Origin: Nymphaea colorata
Taxonomy: Eukaryota
Direction of reading: 5' to 3'
DNA length: 64,000 nucleotides
Assembly: GCF_008831285.2 (NCBI RefSeq)
Contig: NC_045138.2
Coordinates: forward strand, 8,370,001 to 8,434,000
Below are positions 41,121-53,545 of the stretch, piece after piece (position 1 is the stretch's first letter; every line of letters begins with the position of its first letter). The position numbers were made by a program, and so were the translations under genes. The notes beneath the pieces were generated by a model, which had not been told where the DNA came from, made no database searches, and saw nothing but the letters and a program-made list of their open reading frames with translations.

Positions 41121-41447
41121 TTATCTCATAAATATTTTATTATCTCATAAACATTATCTTATAATTATGTTTACTGTTATCTCATACATCTTTCTATTAT
41201 CTCATTATTTCATAAATTTTTTATTATCTCATAAACATTATCTTATGTTTACCGTTATCTCATGCATCCATCTATCATCTCATTATCTCATAATTTTTTT
41301 GTTATCTCATAAATATTATCTCATACTTATGTTTTACGTTGTCTTATACATTTATCTATTTGTTATCTTATTATCTGATAATTTTTTTGTTATCTCATAA
41401 ACATTATCTCATACTTATTTTTATTTCATATCTATTTGTCATCTCAC
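41121..41447. repeat. Minisatellite built from TTATCTCATA
   Basis: Roughly 20 exact or variant ttatctcat motifs in ~80-90-bp higher-order units. Confidence 0.85.
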
Positions 41448-44400
41448 GCACATGCATATGCAAATGTTTATATATGAAAATAAATATACATATTGATAGT
41501 AGAATCCATCCCAACTTACTCAACTGGTTTCACAAGTAACTCGGTTTCATTTACATGACACCTTTGTAAACCTCCGTTTTGTGAAAACAAATGAAAACAA
41601 GATTTTAAAAAAGTTTTAAGTTTTTGGGTGGCACATCCAAAACACGTTCTTTTGTGAATAAGTCGGACGGGCAGTTTGTTCTCTCTCATTCATTCTGAAA
41701 ACCAAGTTTCCTCAAAGTATGTGAAAAGCATCCTCTTTCAGGAGAGGTGGAATCAGTGTGATGAGATCACTGTTTGCTGCAGTCAGGCCGGCCGGCCATC
41801 GAGGCTTTGGTGAGCACAGTACGAGGCTCTAGTTGTTTCTGCCCAATCTGGTGACGACGGTGGTGGTGGTGGTGGTGGCGGTGCTGGTGACTATAGGTGC
41901 ACTAAAACCTCCCCACATATAATTGCAACGACAACATCCACATATGTACCAGCAACAGGGGATCGGATTTGTGCCGGATTCAAGAGTATCAAATAAGTTT
42001 TGCACATTTAAAAAAAAAGTAATTAGTTATTTATTTATTTATTTATACATTTTAAAATAATTTTTTATCATTTTCGGCCGATTCAGTAACCTTTTTGGTT
42101 GGAGCCGGTTTTAATAATATTGGTAGGTTAGAAGAGCGCCTGTTCTTAAAAACAAAGAAAGAGTGAAAAAATGAGTTTCTATGGTTGTTGGCGTAACCTT
42201 TATTCCTGTACCGTAGCCTAATGATGCGGACATCAGATCCGTATTAAGAATCGATTTGATTTACGGGCGGGTACAAGAATTTCATGCGTCACGCGCGATA
42301 CATTATTTTATTTTAAAAAAGACATTTTAAAAGTTTTATTTTTAATTATTTAAAGATTCTTTGTTTATTTTTTTAAATAATTAATATAATAATATTTTTT
42401 TGCCAATTCACAACCAGTTGAGCTAAACCGCCAATTACTGATTGGATCCATATCGAACCAAGTCTGGTCCATGTGGGTTGGGCATGTGGTTGTGGTGGAG
42501 CTAGAAAAAAATTGTAAAGGGACACTCATTTACAAATTTTTATATCTAAAAGAATATTATGTATACAACAAAACAAACATTTGTAAATGTTTTAATATAA
42601 ATATAAAAAAAGACATTAAACCACATGTAATTCCGCCTTTGGCCCAATCTTTGCTATGTAAAAAGGTTTAAGATTTTTTTAGTGCCTTAAGAGAGTTGTT
42701 TGATAACAATAATATGTTGTTACTGTCTAATAAATATGCCATTAAGATTGAGGTAGGTGGGTGAAACACTATAATATAATGATCCATGAACATGCCGAAA
42801 TTTGTGGGATAGATTCATGAAATAGTAACAAACTGTTCATATTGCCAAACGGCCCTTAAGTGTTCACTGCTTGTGGGCCCCACACTCACATATAACGAAC
42901 CAACTCCTATTAATGTTATGTTTGGATGAAGGGAAAGAGAGAAATGAATGGATACAAGGGAAAGAAAAGGAATGATAATGGAGAAAAGAAAGAGGAGAAA
43001 AGAAAAAAAATGATCATCTATTCTTTTCCCTTCCAATCTCTTCATTTTTGAAGGGATTGAAATTACATTAAAAAATCATTTCCTTTTTCTTCCTTTTTTT
43101 TCCTTTTAAATCCAAACACAGTTATTAGTTCTCATTTTCTTTTCCTCCACATAAATTATTTATCCAAACACATGATTAACTTTTCTTTCCATGTTAATTA
43201 AACGATTGTCTTGGGATTGGTGCCAAAGAGGGACCAACTCATATGATCCAATGCCATGCCCTCTGAGTTGGGCATTCAATTTTAGAATCCAGTTCAATTA
43301 CTTGAATTCAATCAGACCATGGAGATGCATTTCATACATATGGCCGGTCCCCAGTTCTCAATCAAACAATTCAAAATTTTTTAAAATTTAGTGCACACGT
43401 ACAGCTCATAAAAGTTAAGAAATTAGATGGTGTGATATTTTCAAGGTTAGAAAAAAACTTATTCTAACGTTAATCTGCTGGAGAAATAGGAGTTTGGTAG
43501 AAATTTTAAATTTTTTTGAAAGCAAGAAGAATTAAAAAAATAGAAAAGGGCAATTGGCATTGGTCTCGATTTTCTGGTAAAACCAACCACGGTGATTGGA
43601 TGGCTCCAAGCCATAGTAATTAATGAGACAACTAATAAAGTGGCGATGTGAAAGTGGGAACACACATAAATGCATCTTTCTCGTCATTTGCTGAAAGACT
43701 CAAACGTTTGTGCAATTAAATTGTGGAAAATTTTGGATGTTTCTTCTTCGGTGTGTTTTAGAACCCTCGTCAATCAAGACCCGACGTGGACAAAACAAAA
43801 ACTCTTTTTCTTTTCTGCCAGCTACCGACTAATTGTCATTTTCAATTTATTTTCTGGTGTGCTAGAGGTATTAATCCCACTACTTGAAAAAGACCCGAAG
43901 CCCCTCCTATTTTTCCTGCCTCCGGGGTCCTGAGCTGCGTCGGTGTCAGCGATAGCAATGGTGCACCCTTCACTTTGGATGCCGCGCCCTACCGCCTTAA
44001 GACATAGGAACATAACGCCCATGGGAATCAAACTAAAGACCTGCCTTAATACAAGCCCCTAACTCGACCAGCTATGCTTTGCCCCTTGAAGCCTTTTCAA
44101 TTTATTTTACCCTCTTTCTGTTTGCTTGTTTTTTCGCATTTTGTTTTGTATTTTTTTTTAGTTTTTTTGGTGACTTGTGGTCATATTTTTTGTTATTGAA
44201 TTTATCGTTTTCTAGGCTTTCACTTTCCATCTTTTTGTCTTTAGCTTTTCTTTTTGTGGCTTCTCTTCACAATTTTTTGCTATTGAATTTATTATTTAAG
44301 GCTTTTTCTTTTTGTAGGAGGAGCACAACAATTAGTTTTTAGAGCACCTCTTAATCGCCTGATTTTGTAGCACGTCTTGTGAAAGGAGATATTTACTTTG

Positions 44401-45707
44401 CTATTCAGCTATAACACGTCTTTCGTTTGTTGGGTGACTCTACTGCTTTGTCTATCCATTTTCTCTCCACCCCTTTATTCTGTTTTATTGTGCTGCTGTC
44501 TTATATATTTCATTCTTCTATTTTATTTTTGTGGTTTGTTTTTGTATCAAGAGGATTGTTTGTCTTCAAATTTTGTTATCCATTTCAATTTTATAAGGAA
44601 AATGTGTAGACTGTCGGATTATCTTTTATGTGATCTAATACGATTTGAAGAATGATTTGGTAGAAAACATATATTAAGTGGATCATCCTTTGAGTTCAAA
44701 TTTAATTTTTTAATAAATAGAAAAACAGCTTTTGTTGCATCAAAATTTTGATAGTAAAATTCCATATTTTTCATGAAACAGTTTGAATAAAGTGTGCTTT
44801 ACACTAAGTTAGTATTCATAAACATGCTGACATGTTCATGTTTTGTTTAAACGGTCACGCCGACTGGTTTTCTCCTACGCATGTATCTAAAATGCCTGTC
44901 ATGTTTTTCTTCCAACACGTTCGTCTGAACTAAACTAATGATCAAGATCGTTAGTCATGAATGTGGTATGTAAGGCCCTGCCACCTACCTATTTTTCCTA
45001 CAAAAAGGATCCATATAATTTGACTACTTTACTTCTTTCTTTTACATTTTAGTAAGTCAAACAAAAAAAAAAAAGGAAGAAGAAAAAGAAAAAAAAAGCT
45101 AGACACACAAAAATAAAAATGTTGTGTCTTGAAGACCTAAGTGTCTCCAATTACAAGCGAAGCTTCACAACAAGTGAAAATTTGTTGTTTTACCTTAAAA
45201 AAAAAAGCTTTATTCATTATCGAGATTAACAAACATTGAGGTCAGGACAGAGTTTGAAATTTTCAGAAATTTCTTAGGAGGAGGGCCAAATATTTGTTTA
45301 AAAAGTTTGTCAGGGGCCAAACTAATCATTTTTCAAAATTTTATATAAGATAAATGATTCTTTTTAAATTTACATATATTTTTATTTTTTTTTGATGGGG
45401 AACCACTAACCAGGGCCCCTGCCAGCAAGGGCCCCTTTGCCTCCGCCCCCATTTCAGGCCGTTTGGTAATGAAGACCGTAACGATTACGGTTCCATGAAT
45501 CACAGTTACGCTTTACCTGAATCTGTCTAAATTTTTAGAGCACATTACGAGACACTAACAAAACATTACAATTGCTAAACGATGCTTTTGAAATATGTCA
45601 ACATGTCGGAGCAACCGTAGCTCGCCTATCACCATAATTCGTTCTCTTTTATTCTTTTCTTGAGCAGATTAAATATTGAAAATGTCATGTATTTGCTTGT
45701 TCTTTTA

Positions 45708-45913
45708 GGGGGTGTTTGATGGTTCAAAATTTGATTTAAAAATAAAAATTTAATAAACATAATTCCTTCTCAAATTGAAATGGAATCAAGATTTTAAGTT
45801 TTGGTTTCATAGTTCTGGAAACAAAATACCCTATTTGTTTAATAATTCCAAATTCTTAAAAAATGAGCATTCTGATTTTAAAATTTCATGATTCTAGATA
45901 CATCAAACGCCCC
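45708..45913. mobile_element. Tourist-like MITE
   Basis: TIRs ggggtgtttgatg / catcaaacgcccc with TTA/TAA flanks. Confidence 0.7.
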
Positions 45914-47640
45914 TAAGAGATTTTGAATTTTAAACTATGTATGCTTATGGACTGGGAAGTCGTTAAATTATTTTAAAAAATGATCAAACGACAGAGTAAA
46001 ATATAGCACAGTCGACCTAACAATATCGTTGGATTTATTTATTCATTAAACGTAGGATATTTTTTTAAAGTATATTTTGACGTTCTTTATTCATGAGGCA
46101 CGCGTTACAAACAAAGTTACAAAGCCAAGCAATGTTCATAATTCTCAAATATTAATTAGTTAATAGCAGAAAGATAATAAATAATAATAATAATATACTT
46201 AACAGTCATTACCAAGGTTTATTGGGATGGATAGATACCCTTTTCGTTGGTCCCAAAGTCCAACGATTCATAGCAATAATTTATACACGATATTTTCAGT
46301 TGCAAGTTTATTTTGTTTTTAACGATAAATTAATGTTTAATCATTTTACAACATCCGCAACTCGTTAAACTAATTTGCCATGGACCGCCCACTTGGCCAT
46401 CTGTACTCCTCTCCCTCCCTCGTTTAGCCTTTTTTTTTTTTACTTCTATGAGGACAAGTACGGCTCTTCGCTTTCCCCGATGCAACCTCACTTTCACTGA
46501 TCATTGTTAATTTAGAACTTATCCCTCGTCTCTCAACTTTAACTATTACGTCAATCCACGGCAGTCTTTAGCAAAAGCGAAAAGTTCCTTTTACAAGCGG
46601 TAAAAAATTAAAATGTTACCTCTTCCAATCCAGGTGTCCTCTCCCAAAATATGAGCTTCTATATAGCAAAATTGAAAATATTTAAAATTCGGATATATAT
46701 ATATAAGTACAACTAAAAAATGGAAATGGGATCTGAGATCACGTGACAAGTACTTTCCCGCTGACGTCACCTTGCCAGCACATTACCTCCCATTTGGAAT
46801 CCGCGTTGGAGAACAAAATTGGTGGGGGAGTGCACGCTCCCGACTTTTTTCTAAATAAATAAAATAAAACACATAATGCTGATGTGTTTAACAATGTTGG
46901 AACATGTTGGTTATGGCATTTCAGAGTTGCAAGTGCAATGCCATAACATCAAATGTTATTGTAATATAATATAAAATGTAAATATTTTGAAAAACATGCT
47001 TCATTTTTTAAAAGTAAAAAAAATTGCACAGTGTTTAAGGTTATATGTTAGTTTGCGGCTTTCATGCTCTCCCCTCTAATTATGAGGTAATACTAGAATA
47101 ATTTTGGATTCTTTGTGATTTGTGCTGATTTATATTTATGAGAAGCACTTTTTCCCAGCAGACATGACACGTTTCGTTAATTTAAGCATATATTGCATAA
47201 GCAGGTTACGGTTCTTTTTTTTAATATTGGAGAATATTACCTTTATTTTTCCATCAACTTGGCTTCACTTATAGGACCATGCATGCCATATCGTTTTCAC
47301 AAACCCATCAATAAACATGGCAACATTCCACAGCCGGCTTATTTGAATTCTAATATATATTTATAAAAATTTAACTGCTTCTAGAAAAACACCAAAAGAT
47401 CATTAGCGACAGTTCATGGTACTTAAATTTTTGTATTAGTGGTTTGCAACACTCTTAATGCAATGATAGTTTTTAATTTTTAGCCATCTGGTTATATATA
47501 TATATATATCTATAAGCCGAGAGAGACGGTAGATTGTTAGATGCTAGCTTTATCAATTTTTTATCTCGGCTATTGATTTATTCATATAGTGGGATGAAAA
47601 AAAAATGAGAGAGAAAAAGAAGATACAATAGTTTCCTCAG

Positions 47641-47753
47641 TATTAGTTTACAATTCTTCTTTCTCTCTTTATCATTAAAGTAGAAAAAATCGTTTAGTTA
47701 ATATTAGTTCACAAGTCTTCCTCCCTTTTATCATTAAAGTAGAAAAAAAAAAT
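47641..47753. repeat. Short tandem duplication (~60-bp period)
   Basis: tattagtt.acaa.tctt...ctttatcattaaagtagaaaaaa occurs twice. Confidence 0.75.
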
Positions 47754-48592
47754 CAAACATCAAAATTGTTTTTAATTTGTCTTATATTTAAGTATGAGAC
47801 CCAACTATATGTGTATGTTTGCATATGTTTTATCGTTTTAATATACCAACATTACAACGAGCCAACCCACTTCACACCAGGCTCCGGTCCCTAGTCTGAT
47901 CTGATGGATCCCAACTTGCTGCTTATTAAAACACTGTAACAAATGTCATTAGTAAACAAGTTGAGACACGATAACTTTGGTTCACTCCAACAGTCCCGCA
48001 GATCATATTCTAGAAATGTATTAACTCCCATTCTCATCAATCTCAAAAACTGAACCGTTTAGATTATCTAATAAATGCGGGAAAAATTTTTCCTCCTCAA
48101 AGCTTTGATGGCAATGAACAACAACTTGTTGATCATTTTTGGAAGGCAACATTTCAATGATTTTTCTCTTGCCAAGTGCGGCAATAAATGGGGAGAAATT
48201 TACCATCTTAGCCTCTAAAATTGACTAAAAGGTCAGGATAAGTAAAACTTGAGAGAATCCGCTAAAAGTTTGGCAACTACTGAATGTTCAAGTTTTCAAT
48301 AAACTGATACTTGAAAGAAAGAAGGCCCATGATCTGACGAATTTATAAGAAGTACCCTGGTCTAAAATTGATGACAAACAATCTTTTAAAGTAAAACTTA
48401 ACCGGAGGTGGTAAGTTAAAGAAAATGATGAATAATAGTAATCAGTCATTCCAGCTCCTCGAACATGGACTCCCGTGTTAGGGGCCGAACATTTGTGAAG
48501 GGTGTTAAATTGAAGACCTTTGGATCAACTCCCAACCATGTTACTGTATAGCACAATATTTGTCACAGTGTTTTTTAGAGTCGGAGACCGAC

Positions 48593-48630
<38 letters not shown>

Positions 48631-51600
48631 AAATTTACATAGTAATTTCTCTCTATATTTAGTTTCTTATATATTAGCACCTCTCAAATCTAAGACTCTT
48701 TACATTAGTGTCCTTTAACTAAAAATTTTTAGCTCAGCCATTGTTGTTGTTAGCTCTATGGTGAGCACTTGCATTCCCAAGGTTAAGCTTTCCTGTGGTA
48801 TTGTCCTTTCACAAGTCTTGAGAGTCCTTATTATGGAAGGATTCCAATAAAGGTCTTGTCCTTGCCATTTTGCATACTAAGCTTTTCCATCATCAATGTT
48901 GCCCTCAATGTTTTCATGGCAGTCTAACCCTTGGAAGTTTCCTTATCATTAAGAAAAAATCTTTTTTAGGCTAAAACATAAGCATGCTTTTCATGAAGCC
49001 TCTCTATATATATATACATATTTTTTTTTTATTAAGAAGGAGATAATAGGGGGGAATGGGACCACTAATCTTCCATGTGATGGGTTAGGAGTAGGATGTA
49101 GCCAATGAACAAGAAAGTGATTAACTAGTTTGGAAGCTTTTGACCTATAATAAATTAATTTGCCATCATATGAGAAAGCATGAATGAGTTAATATTTTGT
49201 ACAAGATATTGCCAAGTGGGTTGGCTTAAGTTTGTTTTTGGCCCCTTTCTCAGTTGGTAGATAACATGTTACATCACACTATCTCGAAAGGCGTGATGCC
49301 GCCGGCAGTAAATATCTTTTCTGACCATTGATTGAAGGTCTACGTTCAACCTTATGTGGCTAACATGGAGTCACGGAGGACGGAGATACACGTGGACCAG
49401 TGTGGGCAACTCTCTAGTTTAGATCTAAATTGAGAGGAATCTAGATCTAGATGAGCTTATGTGAACTGTCCCACTGGCTGGTGCCCTTAAATGTGAGTTT
49501 TCCATCCAACTCTATGAACCTTTACTTTATTTTTGGGCAAACTAGTTTTTACACTGATCCAACTCCTTGTTTTCTTAGGGTACAGAGACTGCTTTAAGTG
49601 CCTTCTACTGCACTTTGACTTACACATCAGTGTCCTTTATTTTTGAGGCACAAAGAGTTGACATCTCAGGAATTCAAAATGGAGACTCGCCGATTCAGTC
49701 CAGTTAGAGGTCAAGAATGAAATTCTCCTATGCTAGCCTTGGCATCATCCCTTGTAGTTATATATGTTCAAAAGTTAACTTCCAAAAAAAAAAGAAAAGA
49801 AAAAAAAAAGAACGAGAAACAAAGGATACCCATAGTCCTCTCAGTTAAATGTTTTTAAGTTACTTTTTAAAATGTCCTCATTGTACTTTTAAGTTCATAA
49901 CACATGCTTATGAAATAATAATTTAATTATAACAAAAAAAAACTAAAATATCTGATTCCCAGTCATAAGCTATGCTTACCGGATAGGGGATTAATTAATT
50001 ATTGGTTAGGATCTAGAATGACTAGAAGTTGGTTCAAAACCAACATAGATTAATTAAAAAATGGTAAAACCCAGATTTACCAAATCCCAACAAGACGGAA
50101 CATCATTAATGTTATTATTAGAGGGTGAAGCTGACGGATTTCAAATTCAGATTTTGTACGTCGTAAAAACTAACAGATACCAATGTGATCGTAAGATCTA
50201 AGCTGAATCCAGATTTTTAAATTAAATTTACAAAATGTGAAACTATTTTGGTGACACTGATGGATTTATTAGAACCTTTGTACAGAAAATCCATATTTGC
50301 TGGATTTTGACCGTTAAGGTCACTAGGTGCAAGATGTACAAACTGTGAAACTACTTATTCTTGACCTTGAAAGGAAAATGAAATTTTATCCTGGATTCTT
50401 TTTTTTGGCTTTTGAACATTGAGATTATACTAAACAAATTAACGTCAAAAAAAGCCTGCATAGAAGATGAACATATTGACTGTTTTGCAACTTAATCTAT
50501 GTCGTCTAATCTATTTGAAATCGACAGCTCAGATGATTCCCATTAAATCGGGCTTGGTATCTAGCTGTTTTCTTCTCTCTTTCTCTCTATAATTCTAAAA
50601 AGAATAACTGTCACAGGTTGCAATTAATGTTGGATTAAGTCAATAGGACTTGCATTATAATATTCCAAGTGTCAAGTAAAGTCTATGAAGAGGCCACATG
50701 TGGGGATTATGCAACATTAAATCAGTTATATCTATCGTTAACCGAATTCAAATACTCGAGATGACTAAAAAATCTTTATGTAAAAGTAGGGCCAGCTTGT
50801 GGGACTATAAAACTTGCTTTTGACTCAAAAAGTCATTTTTTATTTTTCAAATTGACACACTCACAATGAATTTCCTAAAAAGTGTTCTGACAATTTTATT
50901 TCTAAATAAAAGCCTCACCAAGTTATATATATATATATATATATATATATAACCAATAAGAGTTGGAATTGAAGCCAACTAATTGATACAAAAAAGGATC
51001 GGATTTGTATTCAAACTCAAATTGAGGTATAAGGTTCTTCTTGCAGGACTCCAAATCCAGTTACATGCAACCATTAGCTACATTTAGTTTTGCCTCTTCT
51101 ATATTCAAATCACTACTTAGATTCTTATCGAATCTTTTACATCTCTATACATGGGAAACATTTTTTTTTTAAAAATTAGAAATCAAACCACAATAATGAT
51201 AGCCATCATCAACCTTTGCATGGGGCGGTGCCTGTTCGTTTTGTCAAGTGGATGAAAAGTGATTATGACCTCTTCAAAATATTTGAAACAATTGAAAATG
51301 AAGAGATATTCATGGTCATTTATTAGCAAATCTTTTCATCTTCTTGATAACAATAATAATGTAATAAAATATAACAGTTCTCCTTTTTAAGTTGATAAGT
51401 TAGATTCCATAGATTTAACATTATTTACTATTTGTTCATTTAGGAATTCAAAAGCATTCACTTCTAAGACAGTATGAAACTGAAAGATTCTGTTGGGAGA
51501 AAAAACTTTTTCCTTTTTGGTGCTTCATCCCTTTAGTAATATGCTTTTTTTTTTAATCTTTAATCAAAGATATTATTTTTTAAGAATGACATGATCCACA

Positions 51601-53244
51601 AACAATATACTCTCAATTGAAATAACATTTAAAAAAATTAATAGATATTGAACTATCTACTCATGCCACTAGTTGGGGATGTCAATCAAATTGAACAAGA
51701 TGCCCTTATCTTCACAAACTTATGGCAAACAAGATTTAAAATAACATGAAATTTATATTATTACTTTTGGATCCTTTTAGAAATCTAGCCAATTCCATGA
51801 AACCAAGCATGCTATTAATGTTAATATATATCTTGCTTTCTTAGATGACATGGAAAACTCATCAACTCAAAAAGTTATATTATATATGGAAGCTTACTTC
51901 ATTAGGCAAGTTCCCACATGATATCCAACCAGTAATGACGAAATTATTCTCATCTTTGATATGGTGTCATAGTTACTCGGATCATGTACACATTCAACTA
52001 CAAAAGATTCATATTGATATGATTTTCTGTCACTAATTTTAGATTATAAGTAGGCATTTGGTAGCAGAAATGTTGCGTTCTTTGGAAATAGTGTTCCATG
52101 AATGCATCAATTAATGTGTTCAAAAAATAGATACGTTGATGAAATACTATGTTTGAAAGAATGCAATATTCTTGTAACCAAACAACCTCTAAATGTATCA
52201 CTTTGTAACTTCTTCTTGCATTTAATATGGTTCAGTTTTGCTAGGAAATTTTATCAATGAACTCGCCTCTCTGAGGATCACATGTAAAGGAGATTTTCTT
52301 TATATTTACAACTGTCACAATCACATTTAGATTTACATGAGCTATAAATTAAGATCAACAAGATTACAAGATTGTTCATGACAGTTGATGCTTTGATCGG
52401 AATTTTCCCTTAATGCAAATTGCCTTTACATGGTCAGCTTCATTTGATATTGTCCACTCCATTTGTTGTAACTTTTTTTTTTTTCTTTTGCTGATGTACG
52501 TTGTGTTTAGTGCCACCTTTACATTCCTTATCTAATTATGATTTTTTATTGTCATACTAAAACTTCCTTTGTTTACACTATAAGCTCTATTAACAATTGT
52601 AACTCTCAATGTATTCCCACTTGAACACACTAAACATGATTAACTAGTGGGATGAGAAAAATTTTAGTGACATAAAAAATGTAGTAAATCGTGGTTGAAG
52701 GATTGTTCACTAAAAATGGTCTCAAGTTCCTTATCACATGTTAATTATTTCAATTTGAAATATCAAATATACTAGCTAAGAATAGTATACAAGCAAACAC
52801 TGTAACAATATAATTAAAATGAGATAAAGCTAATTTTATATCTAAAAAATGAAGTACTCACAAGTGGACTAGGTGGAACTTGATTGGCAGACACAAGAGC
52901 AGATATGAGAATCGGGCCCGGCTAGCTGACCAATAAATGTAGGATGGGCTTCGCTTGGTTATTGCTAGGCTCAACTCAGAGCATTAATAGTTGGTTGGGA
53001 TTTAATGGTCATTGAGTCGAGCCCTCTATCATATACCTGTATAGCCTGGTTTTTTAACATGTTTTGCAATTTACACGTAAAAATTAAAACATCATTTGCA
53101 CTCAATTGTCACCTTCGTTCATTACAATGGAAGATGTTGGCACCAGTAATACCCAAAAAATACTATTAACAAAGATAAACATGAGTCATATAATATCAAA
53201 CTAGACAAAAAGAAACCCTCGCTGCTAAACTAGCCACTAAAAAC

Positions 53245-53545
53245 CACTACAACAAATATGGACATTAGCATAGTCAAAACCATGATCAATAGATAAAAAA
53301 ACTGTGGTTGAAAGTATTTTCAGCCATGGTTTTTTATTGTGGCTGTTAACTAAAGTGGTTGCAGCAATACCCCTGGTGGCTATTGATCTTTTGCCATGGT
53401 TTAGACCGTGGCCATTGCAACCATCAGCCATGCTTCATGTGAACCATCAACTATGGTTTTAGCTATGGCTGTTATTTACAACAGTCATAGCTACTTATGT
53501 GGTGGCCATGAAAAAATCTATGGCCATTATAATTATGGTTTCCAT
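53245..53545. mobile_element. CACTA (En/Spm) element terminus
   Basis: CACTACAACAAA at 53245 followed by a cluster of ccatgg/ccgtgg/gtggct subterminal repeats; no partner TIR found. Confidence 0.65.

Noticed and set aside
14231..41447. Tandem arrays as CRISPR-like repeats
   Set aside because: Eukaryotic context, no unique spacers, no cas genes.
41740..41900. GC-rich patch with GTGATGA and (GGT)n, considered as snoRNA or peptide gene
   Set aside because: No properly placed D box or terminal stem, and no convincing ORF.
48021..48430. Coding-looking stretch, considered as an endogenous viral fragment
   Set aside because: Interrupted frames and no recognisable motif.
51850..52300. Possible MuDR transposase relic (TLIDAFMEHYFQRTQHFC)
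   Set aside because: One weak motif, no TIRs found.
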